From Prochlorococcus sp. MIT 0603 (lineage in GTDB: Bacteria > Cyanobacteriota > Cyanobacteriia > PCC-6307 > Cyanobiaceae): a DNA stretch of 24,000 bases. The translations under genes were made by a program, and so were the position numbers. Every line of letters begins with the position of its first letter. The first letter of the stretch is position 1. Location of the stretch: the NCBI RefSeq assembly GCF_047303175.1, contig NZ_CP138945.1, one strand, 5' to 3'. This document shows, in pieces, positions 9,702 through 18,191 of this stretch. Under the pieces are notes generated by a model. The model had not been told where the DNA came from. It worked only from the letters and a program-made list of their open reading frames with translations, and made no database searches.

Positions 9702-10258
9702 TAAGCATCTTGCATTTCATAAAAATCTGGTTGTACATAATCTTTTCTTAAAGGCCATCCTTTCCAGTCCTCAGGCATTAATAGCCTTTTGGGATGAGGA
9801 TGCCCCACAAAGTTGACGCCAAACATGTCATATGTTTCTCTTTCTTGCCAATCGCAGCCTCGGAAAATCTTATATAGAGAAGGGACTTTTAAGTCTCCAT
9901 CTCTTGATAGAGATACTTTTATACGAACTTCTCTGGGATGAGAATTGTTTTTATAATCTTCAAGTGAAATTAAATGATAAAAACAAACGATATTCCTACC
10001 AGGACCTTCGTCATAGCCGCCTTGGCAAGAAAGGTAATTGAATCCATCGCTTTTTAGTTTCGAGACAATTGCCAATAGGGATTCTGGTTTTACATGAATA
10101 ATTTCAACCCCAATATGATCAGGCTCAACAATCTCGTGTTCAAGGCATTCTTTCGTGAGTAATTTGCTTACATACCCAGCTTGAGGTTGAATTGAGACTT
10201 CTTCCTGAGGTTTATTCTCAGGGATTGTATTGTCTTGATCTTGATTGTTCTCAGTCAT
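9698..10258 (-). CDS. ndhJ: NAD(P)H-quinone oxidoreductase (NDH-1) subunit J
   Basis: 186-aa ORF. The C-terminal half ([42 protein letters not shown]) is classic NdhJ/NuoC. Its stop overlaps the stop of the convergent yvcK-like gene. Confidence 0.95.
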   Translation of the reverse strand: MTENNQDQDNTIPENKPQEEVSIQPQAGYVSKLLTKECLEHEIVEPDHIGVEIIHVKPESLLAIVSKLKSDGFNYLSCQGGYDEGPGRNIVCFYHLISLEDYKNNSHPREVRIKVSLSRDGDLKVPSLYKIFRGCDWQERETYDMFGVNFVGHPHPKRLLMPEDWKGWPLRKDYVQPDFYEMQDAY

Positions 10259-10268
10259 AGCAAATAAT

Positions 10269-11027
10269 TTAATCTTGTGTTGTTTGTCTTTCTTGAAGCT
10301 TTGTTTGAATTGCTTCTTCTTTCCCTTCTTTTAAAGCTGCTTTCTGACTTGCTGATTGGAGATAGGCACCAGTTACTAATGGATCTATTCTTATCATTTG
10401 ATGAGAGACAGTGAAATAACGATGACTTGGAGCTATTTGTGCCCTTTCAGTAAATGATTCATTTCCTACTTTTTTGCGTAACTTGATAACTGCATCGAAA
10501 ATCGCTTCTGGTCTTGGAGGACAGCCTGGTAAATAAAGGTCTACTGGGATGAGCTTGTCTACACCACGTACTGCCGTAGTTGAATCTGCACTGAACATTC
10601 CACCAGTAATCGTGCAAGCCCCCATTGCAATAACATATTTAGGTTCAGGCATTTGTTCGTAGAGTCTTACTAAAGCAGGCGCCATTTTCATGGTTACTGT
10701 TCCTGCAACAATTAGTAGATCTGCTTGTCTTGGAGAACTTCGAGGGACTAGTCCAAAACGGTCAAAATCAAATCTAGAGCCAATTAGTGCAGCGAATTCA
10801 ATAAAACAACATGCAGTTCCATACAGTAGCGGCCATAAACTGCTCAACCTTGCCCAATTATGTAAATCATCGAGGCTCGTAAGAATTATGTTCTCGCTTA
10901 ATTCGTTTGTCACTGTAGGGGCCCCAATAGGACCACACGTGGCTGAACGAATATCTCGAATTGTTTTTGGTGAAGAAAAGTTAGTCAAAGGATCAGCTCC
11001 ATTCAAGTGCACCTTTTCGCCATGCAT
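10269..11027 (-). CDS. ndhK: NAD(P)H-quinone oxidoreductase (NDH-1) subunit K
   Basis: 252-aa ORF with the NuoB/NdhK Fe-S ligands ([27 protein letters not shown]). The start is uncertain: ATG 11027, GTG 11012 or TTG 11006. All three overlap the 3' end of ndhC. Confidence 0.95.
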   Translation of the reverse strand: MHGEKVHLNGADPLTNFSSPKTIRDIRSATCGPIGAPTVTNELSENIILTSLDDLHNWARLSSLWPLLYGTACCFIEFAALIGSRFDFDRFGLVPRSSPRQADLLIVAGTVTMKMAPALVRLYEQMPEPKYVIAMGACTITGGMFSADSTTAVRGVDKLIPVDLYLPGCPPRPEAIFDAVIKLRKKVGNESFTERAQIAPSHRYFTVSHQMIRIDPLVTGAYLQSASQKAALKEGKEEAIQTKLQERQTTQD

Positions 11028-11355
11028 ATGCTAATGCAACTATCAGAATTGAAATAAAAATAAGTGCTTCTATAAATGCAAGTAAGCCTAATTTATGAAA
11101 TGCTACCGCCCAGGGATAAAGAAAAACTGTTTCAACATCGAAAATAACGAAGACAAGCGCAAACATGTAATAACGAATATTGAATTGAATCCATGCCCCT
11201 CCAATAGGTTCCATTCCAGATTCATATGTGAGTTCTCTTTCTCCTGGCTCGCTTTTTGGAGAAATAAGTTTATTAGTTGTTAAAGCAAGAACTGGAACAG
11301 CCGCCGATATTAAGAGAAATCCAAGAAATGCGTCGTAACCCTCAAGAGCAAACAT
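10993..11355 (-). CDS. ndhC: NAD(P)H-quinone oxidoreductase (NDH-1) subunit 3
   Basis: 120-aa ORF with three TM segments and the conserved YESGMEPIG...[12 protein letters not shown] motifs of NdhC/NuoA. Confidence 0.95.
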   Translation of the reverse strand: MFALEGYDAFLGFLLISAAVPVLALTTNKLISPKSEPGERELTYESGMEPIGGAWIQFNIRYYMFALVFVIFDVETVFLYPWAVAFHKLGLLAFIEALIFISILIVALAYAWRKGALEWS

Positions 11356-11425
11356 GATGCATTAAATACTTGTTTATTAGTCTTACACTCACTTAAGCGC
11401 ACTTTCCTCGATAGAGTTAGGTTGT

Positions 11426-11872
11426 GTGAAACTCCAAACGGTGAGCGATGAACAAAACCCTGCATTAGATCCGACAAAAGCCGAGGCAATTGGTGAAAGT
11501 CCTATCCGTGCAGATGAAATATCAGATCAGGAACTTTCTGGCCTACAAGAGGACTTTTCCTTGAATAGGTTTCAGTGTATTTCCTGTGGTTATATTTATG
11601 ATCCTAAGGAAGGCCTTCGTAAATATCAAATCCCTTCAGGAACTCCCTTTTTAGAAATTAATCAGGAGAAGTTCCGATGCCCAGTATGTAGAGCTAGGTT
11701 TGCTGCTTATAAAGATATTGGCGCTAAATTTAAACCTTCTGATGGATTTGAAGATAACGTTATATATGGGTTTGGGTTTAATACTCTTCCTCCTGGTCAG
11801 AAGAATGTACTTATATTCGGCGGTTTAGCTTTTGCTGCTGCTTGCTTTTTGTCCCTTTACTCCTTGCACTAA
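11426..11872 (+). CDS. rubA: Membrane-anchored rubredoxin (photosystem II assembly-associated RubA)
   Basis: 148-aa ORF. It has a rubredoxin fold with CISCG ... CPVC iron ligands and YIYDP, a flexible linker, and a C-terminal TM helix ([19 protein letters not shown]). There is no in-frame ATG. Candidate starts are GTG 11426, GTG 11441 and TTG 11561. Confidence 0.9.
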   Translation: MKLQTVSDEQNPALDPTKAEAIGESPIRADEISDQELSGLQEDFSLNRFQCISCGYIYDPKEGLRKYQIPSGTPFLEINQEKFRCPVCRARFAAYKDIGAKFKPSDGFEDNVIYGFGFNTLPPGQKNVLIFGGLAFAAACFLSLYSLH

Positions 11873-11879
11873 CTTCTTC

Positions 11880-12899
11880 ATGAATCGTTTAATCAACTTT
11901 TCCTTGAATTTAATTCTGATCTTTGCTCTTGGAATAACACTAACTGGTTGTGTTACAACAACAAGACTGCCTTTTGAAACTGTCAGCCCTTGGGAAGGGA
12001 TTGAATTATCAAGTAATGATAATCCTCTTGATATCGCGTTTGTAGATGACAAGCATGGTTTCTTAGTAGGTGCTAATAGGTTGATTCTTGAAACTTCTGA
12101 TGGCGGATCAACTTGGGAAGAGAGAAGTTTGGAAATTCCAAGTGAAGAGAATTTTAGATTAATCAGTATTGACTTCAAGGGTGATGAAGGGTGGCTTGTT
12201 GGTCAACCTAATCTTGTTATGCATAGTGAAGATGCCGGAAAAAACTGGACCCGTTTGTCTCTTGGAAATAAATTACCAGGAAACCCTTATTTAATAACTA
12301 CGCTTGATAAAGGTTCAGCAGAGTTGGCTACTACAGCAGGCGCAGTATATAGAACTAATGATGGTGGTGACAATTGGGAAGGAAGGGTTTCAGAAGCATC
12401 TGGTGGTGTCCGTGATCTTCGTAGAAGATCTGATGGATCCTATGTGAGCGTTAGTAGTTTAGGGAATTTCTTTGTCACCTTGGATAAGGAAGATCAAACT
12501 TGGCAGTCTCATCAAAGAGCTAGTAGTAAAAGAGTCCAAACATTAGGTTTTCAGCCTAATGGTCAATTGTGGATGCTTTCAAGAGGCGCAGAGATTCGCC
12601 TTAATGAAAAACCAGATGATTTGGAAAGTTGGTCTAAACCGATAGTTCCATTAGTAAATGGTTATAACTATTTGGATATGGCATGGGATCCGCAAGGGGG
12701 TATTTGGGCGGCAGGAGGAAATGGAACACTTTTAGTCAGCAAAGATGATGGGAAAACTTGGAAAAAAGATCCAATTGGTTACGCAACCCCAACAAACTTT
12801 ATTCGCTTGCTTTTTGTAGAAAATTCTTCGGGCAATCCTTCTAAAGGCTTTGCACTAGGGGAAAGAGGGCATGTTTTGCGTTGGACAGGGCATGCATAA
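11880..12899 (+). CDS. ycf48: Photosystem II stability/assembly factor Ycf48 (HCF136 homologue), lipoprotein
   Basis: The ORF track extends to a TTG at 11832 inside rubA. ATG at 11880, 8 nt after the rubA stop, gives [24 protein letters not shown] with an L-T-G-C lipobox. The protein shows repeated beta-propeller DGGxTW-type motifs ([31 protein letters not shown]). Confidence 0.9.
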   Translation: MNRLINFSLNLILIFALGITLTGCVTTTRLPFETVSPWEGIELSSNDNPLDIAFVDDKHGFLVGANRLILETSDGGSTWEERSLEIPSEENFRLISIDFKGDEGWLVGQPNLVMHSEDAGKNWTRLSLGNKLPGNPYLITTLDKGSAELATTAGAVYRTNDGGDNWEGRVSEASGGVRDLRRRSDGSYVSVSSLGNFFVTLDKEDQTWQSHQRASSKRVQTLGFQPNGQLWMLSRGAEIRLNEKPDDLESWSKPIVPLVNGYNYLDMAWDPQGGIWAAGGNGTLLVSKDDGKTWKKDPIGYATPTNFIRLLFVENSSGNPSKGFALGERGHVLRWTGHA

Positions 12900-12998
12900 A
12901 GATGGTCTTAATCCACAACGCTCTGTAACCATGCTGATACACCAGACCTAACTTTAGTTACACCCTTGTAGGATCAAGCAGCTAATACGCGAAAGGCT

Positions 12999-13247
12999 AT
13001 GGCTGCCGGCTCCACCGGGGAACGCCCGTTTTTTGAGATCATCACCAGTGTCCGTTATTGGATTATCCATGCCGTGACTCTGCCAGCGATCTTTATTGCA
13101 GGATTTTTATTTGTATCTACAGGCCTTGCCTATGATGCATTTGGAACTCCTAGACCAGACACCTATTTTCAGGCTTCTGAAACTAAGGCTCCAGTAGTGT
13201 CACAACGCTTTGAATCCAAAGCTCAACTTGACCTGCGCCTGAAATAA
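12999..13247 (+). CDS. psbE: Cytochrome b559 alpha subunit (PSII)
   Basis: 82-aa ORF. The motif [29 protein letters not shown] contains the heme-ligand His. Sequence and length are canonical for PsbE. Confidence 0.97.
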   Translation: MAAGSTGERPFFEIITSVRYWIIHAVTLPAIFIAGFLFVSTGLAYDAFGTPRPDTYFQASETKAPVVSQRFESKAQLDLRLK

Positions 13248-13250
13248 CCA

Positions 13251-13397
13251 ATGACAAACTCTTCTTCTCCTTTACAGGCTGTTGAAGTCCGCACCTATCC
13301 AATATTTACGGTGCGTTGGCTTGCAGTTCATGCATTGGCAATCCCAACAGTATTTTTCTTGGGTGCTATTGCAGCAATGCAGTTCATCCGTCGTTGA
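13251..13397 (+). CDS. psbF: Cytochrome b559 beta subunit (PSII)
   Basis: Not in the ORF track because it is too short. Manual translation gives [48 protein letters not shown] (48 aa), the canonical PsbF with the heme-ligand His in RWLAVHAL. It begins 3 nt after the psbE stop. Confidence 0.95.
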
Positions 13398-13418
13398 TTT
13401 ACGACTTATTTTTTAGCT

Positions 13419-13538
13419 ATGCAAGTTAATCCAAATCCAAACAAGCTTTCGGTTGAGCTGAACCGAACAAGCCTTTATTTAGGGCTTTTGCTTGTTTTTG
13501 TTCTAGGGATTTTGTTCTCAAGCTATTTCTTTAATTAA
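13419..13538 (+). CDS. psbL: Photosystem II protein L
   Basis: Not in the ORF track. Manual translation gives [39 protein letters not shown] (39 aa), the canonical PsbL. Confidence 0.95.
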   Translation: MQVNPNPNKLSVELNRTSLYLGLLLVFVLGILFSSYFFN

Positions 13539-13552
13539 ATTCTTCTTTAATC

Positions 13553-13750
13553 ATGAGCGCTAAATTAAAGGGGCCTGATGGTCGCCTTCCTGACAGGCTC
13601 CCTGATGGCCGCCCAGCAGTTTCTTGGGAGCGCCGTTGGACAGAGGGGCAATTACCATTGTGGTTAGTAGCAACTGCAGGGGGAATTGCAGTGATCTTTG
13701 TATTAGGGATCTTCTTCTATGGTTCTTATACTGGTGTTGGTTCTGCCTAA
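13553..13750 (+). CDS. psbJ: Photosystem II protein J with ~25-30 aa N-terminal extension
   Basis: 65-aa ORF. The C-terminal part [32 protein letters not shown] is canonical PsbJ. No alternative in-frame start lies closer to the TM helix. Confidence 0.9.
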   Translation: MSAKLKGPDGRLPDRLPDGRPAVSWERRWTEGQLPLWLVATAGGIAVIFVLGIFFYGSYTGVGSA

Positions 13751-13777
13751 TCTCTAGGTTGGTTCTTAACAGTGATT

Positions 13778-14722
13778 TTATTTATTGAATTTACCCCAGT
13801 AATTTTCTGTAAATAAGTTAATTTTTTTGCGTGTTTTTTCTGAGACTTTATCTTTAGAAGTCATTAGGCTGTTTTTTAAAGCTTTATGAGCTTCGCTTTT
13901 AGGTCTTAAGGATGAGATGCGTTTAGCCATAGCTTCTACTATATTTTTTGCAACTTTTGCATTTGCATAAAGGTTATCTATAACCATATCTACACTTACA
14001 TTTCCAAAGGCTTCATGCCAGCAATCATAGTCTGTAACCATAGATAATGATGTATATGCTATTTCAGCTTCTCTAGCTAATCGTGCTTCAGTATGATTTG
14101 TCATACCTATGACGTTGCATCCCCAACTTCTATACAGTTGTGATTCGGCACGAGTCGAGAATGCAGGCCCTTCCATAGCAAGATATGTTCCACCTTTATG
14201 CAGCTGACGAGCTTCAGGCATTAGCAATTCTCCTTCTTCCGCAAGTAATCTTGAAAGTGTTGGGCAAAATGGGTCTGCCATTGTGACATGAGCAACAGCA
14301 CCTTCACCAAAGAAAGTTAATGGCCTTTGATGTGTTCTATCAATAAATTGATCAGGTATAACCATATCTAAAGGCCGGACTTGTTCTTGTAGCGATCCCA
14401 CTGCTGATGGAGAAAGTATCCATCGAACATTGAGTGAACGTAATGCCCAAATATTTGCTCTATAGGGGACTTCTGTTGGAGTATATGTGTGATCTCTTCC
14501 ATGCCGAGCTAAGAAAACGACTTCCATTCCTCCTAAATCACCTATGCGCAAACTGTCAGAAGGTTTTCCATAAGGTGTTTCTATGACTATCTCCTTGATA
14601 TTTTCAAGACCATCTATTGAATAGAGCCCACTTCCCCCCAAAATTCCTAGCCTTGCATTCGTTAAGAAACAAAAATCATTATCTTGTTCCTGAATTTCTG
14701 AAGGTAAATGTTGATTGATCAT
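13778..14722 (-). CDS. mtnP: S-methyl-5'-thioadenosine phosphorylase
   Basis: 314-aa ORF. GILGGSGLY is the phosphate-binding N-terminus. VIGMTNHTEARLAREAEIAYTSLSMVTDYDCW matches the MTAP/PNP-family active-site region. Confidence 0.9.
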   Translation of the reverse strand: MINQHLPSEIQEQDNDFCFLTNARLGILGGSGLYSIDGLENIKEIVIETPYGKPSDSLRIGDLGGMEVVFLARHGRDHTYTPTEVPYRANIWALRSLNVRWILSPSAVGSLQEQVRPLDMVIPDQFIDRTHQRPLTFFGEGAVAHVTMADPFCPTLSRLLAEEGELLMPEARQLHKGGTYLAMEGPAFSTRAESQLYRSWGCNVIGMTNHTEARLAREAEIAYTSLSMVTDYDCWHEAFGNVSVDMVIDNLYANAKVAKNIVEAMAKRISSLRPKSEAHKALKNSLMTSKDKVSEKTRKKINLFTENYWGKFNK

Positions 14723-16888
14723 CTTGTTTTAGCAGGAGGTGGTCATACCCATGCACTTATTCTGCAGCGTTGGATAATGAATCCCCATTTAAGACCAAAG
14801 TGTTTAATCACTTTGATAAATAGAGATAGTTCAACGATTTATTCTGGTATGTTCCCTGGACTTGTTTCGGGCTTGTATCAGTTTGATGAGGTAGCAATAG
14901 ATTTAAGGAAATTGGCAGATAGAGCAGGGGTTTCTTTTATTCTAGGTGAAATTAATTCTCTAGACCTTTATGAAAAGAAATTGGTGTTAAATAATCGTCC
15001 TTCTATAGCTTTTTCATTATTAAGCCTTGATGTTGGTTCTGAAACTAATCTCGATAAATGCAATTCTGAAATTAGAAATAACAACCTTGTGATGCCTATC
15101 AAGCCTTTTTTAAAAGCTTATGAATGGATAAAGCAGTTTGATGATGAGTCTTTAATGCGAAGCTATGAGTCATTTACTGTTATTGGATCAGGCCTTGCTG
15201 CGTTTGAGATTTCATTTGCATTGAGAAATAGATGGCCTTCAAGAAAATTAAGATTGCAGGCTTTTCCTAAGAAATTAAATAAACGTTTGAAGAAATCATT
15301 GGATTTAGCAAATATTCATTTGATAAATCCTAAAGAGGTATTATCTGGACCTGCCATAATTTGCACAGGAAGTAAAGCCCCACACTGGCTTCAGCGCAGT
15401 GGCCTTAAGGTAAATAATTTTGGAAGAGTTCAAACTTCTTCCGCCTTCGTTACATCTTTTGGCCCAAATGTTTTGGCAGCTGGTGATTGTGCTGCGCTAT
15501 GCAATAACCATCCTCCCCCATCGGGTGTTTGGGCGGTTAAGGCTGCAAGGCCTTTGGCAAAGAACATTGAAGCTTCTTTGCGCGGAAGTTTAATGATGCC
15601 TTGGCAGCCTCAAAAATTAGCTTTGAAATTAGTTGGTGCGCAAAGCACTTTGACTGCAGCTAGAGCATTCTTGATTTGGGGACCTTTTTTGATAGGACCT
15701 CACTCCTGCTTTTGGCAATTAAAGAAAACTATAGATATTAGTTTCATTAGAAAGTTTCAGAAGACTTCAATTATGAAAGATCAGGCTTATAACAAATTGG
15801 CCTGTAGAGGTTGTGCTGCAAAAGTTGCTTATCAAACTTTGACAGCAGCTTTAAAAGAATCCGAGCTTTCTGAGTTATCCGATAATCCAGTAGATGCTGC
15901 CTTAATTGATTCTTCTCAAGAAGGACTCTCATGGCTACAAAGTGTTGATGGTTTCCCTGCTTTGATTAGTGACCCTTGGTTGAATGCTCGCCTTACAACA
16001 TTGCATTCTTGTTCTGATTTATGGGCAAGAGGTGCTTCTGTTTCCTCTGCACAAGCTGTGATTACACTTCCAGCTGCTGATGGCTCTTTACAGAAAGAAA
16101 TTTTGACCCAATGTCTATTAGGTATTCAGTCCGTTTTAGGCCCTCAAGGCGCCAAGCTGATAGGAGGACATACGTTTGAATCAAGATCCGGTTTAGATGA
16201 AAATATTGCTATGGGAATCGAATTGTCTCTTTCTATGAATGGATTGCTTCCTAAGAATCGTAAGCTTTGGGGAAAGTGTGGATTGCAACCTGGTGATGAC
16301 ATTCTTATTAGTAGAGCAATTGGTAGTGGTGTTGTTTTTGCTGCAGCAATGCAAGGATCATTACCTTCTAGATACGTTGACAGTGCATTGCTAGAACTTT
16401 CTCAGAGTCAAGATTGCCTAGTAGATAGCTTGCAGGAAAAAACGTCAAATAGTTCTGGGATTCACGCTTGTACCGATATCACTGGCTTTGGTTTGCTTGG
16501 ACATTTAGGTGAAATGATTCAAGTAACAAATAAAAGAAATTCTGCGCAAAACTTGCCTTTAATTAAAATAAACCTTTTCGCTAGTTCAATACCAAGTTTT
16601 CAAGGAGCAATGAGTCTCCTTAAGTCAGGTTATGAAAGCTCTCTTTCTCCTGCAAATAGCCATTACTTGGCTTTGCTAAATCCAAATAACCAACTTCCTG
16701 CTTGTATAAATCTTGTTCCTGATGCAAGTTCATCTGACGTTGGGGATCTGAATGTTGTAAAGAAGTTATTGATAGACCCTCAAACATGCGGCCCATTAGT
16801 GATCTCTTGTCAATCTGATTTGGCCGAGGAACTGATGTATGAGTCTAATTATTGGTATCGAATTGGCTTTGTTACCTCCTTGATTTAG
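14708..16888 (+). CDS. selD: Fusion protein: pyridine-nucleotide-disulfide/NDH-2-like flavoprotein domain + selenide, water dikinase (selenophosphate synthetase, Cys type)
   Basis: Single 726-aa ORF. Residues 1 to ~350 carry LVLAGGGHTH, VIGSGLAAFE and AAGDCA dinucleotide/FAD motifs. Residues ~356-726 are SelD-like, with ACRGCAAKV (Cys369, Lys372), DAALI, and PurM-like GGHT and TDITGFGLLGH motifs. Confidence 0.85.
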   Translation: MLIDHLVLAGGGHTHALILQRWIMNPHLRPKCLITLINRDSSTIYSGMFPGLVSGLYQFDEVAIDLRKLADRAGVSFILGEINSLDLYEKKLVLNNRPSIAFSLLSLDVGSETNLDKCNSEIRNNNLVMPIKPFLKAYEWIKQFDDESLMRSYESFTVIGSGLAAFEISFALRNRWPSRKLRLQAFPKKLNKRLKKSLDLANIHLINPKEVLSGPAIICTGSKAPHWLQRSGLKVNNFGRVQTSSAFVTSFGPNVLAAGDCAALCNNHPPPSGVWAVKAARPLAKNIEASLRGSLMMPWQPQKLALKLVGAQSTLTAARAFLIWGPFLIGPHSCFWQLKKTIDISFIRKFQKTSIMKDQAYNKLACRGCAAKVAYQTLTAALKESELSELSDNPVDAALIDSSQEGLSWLQSVDGFPALISDPWLNARLTTLHSCSDLWARGASVSSAQAVITLPAADGSLQKEILTQCLLGIQSVLGPQGAKLIGGHTFESRSGLDENIAMGIELSLSMNGLLPKNRKLWGKCGLQPGDDILISRAIGSGVVFAAAMQGSLPSRYVDSALLELSQSQDCLVDSLQEKTSNSSGIHACTDITGFGLLGHLGEMIQVTNKRNSAQNLPLIKINLFASSIPSFQGAMSLLKSGYESSLSPANSHYLALLNPNNQLPACINLVPDASSSDVGDLNVVKKLLIDPQTCGPLVISCQSDLAEELMYESNYWYRIGFVTSLI

Positions 16889-16900
16889 TCAGAAGGTCAT

Positions 16901-18151
16901 TCAATATTTTTCAAGTTCTATATCTCTAAGCCTTTTTAATTCTTTTCCTAAAAGTGGACCTTCTGGCCATCCATTTGCAAGAAGATCTTTTGCTGATGTT
17001 TTTGCTTTGACTAGACTCCATTTAGCCCACCATCGTAATAAAGGCTTCCAAACTGGTATGCCTAAGCATATTGCAATACCTATAGATTCCTTTTTCCAAT
17101 TAGAAGATTCAATCTCATTACACCATCTTGCTGCTCCCCATTTTTGAATTGTGTTTGACATGTTTAGCGAATGAAAGTGCTTGGTAATTTGAGAACTTTC
17201 AAGTAAAAAGTTTTTCTGGCATTCTGGTATTTGTAATCTCGTTGCTATATGTAATGGATTTGCTGCCCCTGCAATAAATGCAGTTAAGGGATTGATTCCC
17301 AATCGAACTGCCCAGTGAACTCTCCGTTTCCATTGATTATCATTTTGAATATTTTCGTCAAGCAATATTAATGCACCCCATTGCTGCAATAGTTCAATGC
17401 CTTTTTCCCAATTCTCTTCTTTCTCTAATAAAAGTCTAAGCTCCATCTCAAGCCTTTTGGCGAGAGCTGGAGGAGTATTCTTACTTGAATTTTCAAGTAC
17501 AGACAACCAAGGCCATGTCTTGATTGTAGAGGTTATTTGGTGTAATGATTCTTTAGAGAGGTCAAAATTTAGTCTTGCTGAATAACGTGCAGCTCTAATT
17601 ATTCTGGTTGGATCTTCTGCAACACTTTTATGGTGTAGAAATTTAATTTCCCCCCTTAATATTGAATCGCTCCCTTCAAATAGGTCTATTAGTTTATTAT
17701 GCCTAAGATCGAATGCCATAGAATTAATTGTGAAATCGCGTCTTAATAAATCTTTCTCAATAGAACTGGGCTCTATTTCGGGATTATCTGCAAGTATTAG
17801 ATAATTCTCTATTCTTGCTCTCGCAATATCAAAGGAAACATCATCAATTTTTAATTCAACTGTTTGAAAATCTGGATTTAAACGAATGATATCGACTCTG
17901 GAATCACCAAGAAGGCTTTTTATATTTTTTGCAAGAATTTCTGCAGAGCCTTCCACGACAAGATCTACATCATGAATTTTCTCGATTGATTTGTTTTGAG
18001 TTAGAGCAATAATATGATCACGAACAATCCCGCCAACTAAGGCAATTCTTTGGATTCCAGCTAAATCTGCAGCTGTAACTAAATCTTTCAAAAGATCCTT
18101 AAGTACACCTGGAAGATTATTTTTTAACTCCCGATTTTCACGGGTCCTCAT
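16901..18151 (-). CDS. cca: tRNA nucleotidyltransferase / poly(A) polymerase family protein (probable CCA-adding enzyme)
   Basis: 416-aa ORF with the class II nucleotidyltransferase head motifs GGIVRD, DVDLVV (DxD), RRDFTINSMA and EDPTRIIRAARY. Confidence 0.85.
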   Translation of the reverse strand: MRTRENRELKNNLPGVLKDLLKDLVTAADLAGIQRIALVGGIVRDHIIALTQNKSIEKIHDVDLVVEGSAEILAKNIKSLLGDSRVDIIRLNPDFQTVELKIDDVSFDIARARIENYLILADNPEIEPSSIEKDLLRRDFTINSMAFDLRHNKLIDLFEGSDSILRGEIKFLHHKSVAEDPTRIIRAARYSARLNFDLSKESLHQITSTIKTWPWLSVLENSSKNTPPALAKRLEMELRLLLEKEENWEKGIELLQQWGALILLDENIQNDNQWKRRVHWAVRLGINPLTAFIAGAANPLHIATRLQIPECQKNFLLESSQITKHFHSLNMSNTIQKWGAARWCNEIESSNWKKESIGIAICLGIPVWKPLLRWWAKWSLVKAKTSAKDLLANGWPEGPLLGKELKRLRDIELEKY

Positions 18152-18191
18152 GTGATTACGAAATTAGAGTCTTTACTTATCATTTCCAATA

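Noticed and set aside
9832-10041. 69-aa ORF antisense to ndhJ; similarly 17397-17585 + (in cca), 18416-18631 + (in pcrA), 22683-22922 - (in cpeZ), 23543-23818 + (in cpeY-like)
   Set aside because: All are embedded in better-supported genes on the opposite strand and have no recognisable motifs.
10690-11034. 114-aa ORF antisense to ndhK, and 62-aa ORF (11095-11283) antisense to ndhC
   Set aside because: These are shadow frames of highly conserved NDH-1 genes. They have no motifs and no independent spacing or signals.
11825-12178. 117-aa ORF antisense to the rubA end and ycf48 start
   Set aside because: It overlaps two well-supported genes. The sequence is low-complexity and K/S-rich, so it is likely a shadow ORF.
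12999-13750. Noticeably higher GC in psbE and psbJ than in flanking genes, considered as a sign of horizontal transfer
   Set aside because: These are universally conserved, highly expressed PSII genes in their conserved cyanobacterial operon context. Codon and amino-acid constraint explains the composition better, and no mobility signatures flank them.
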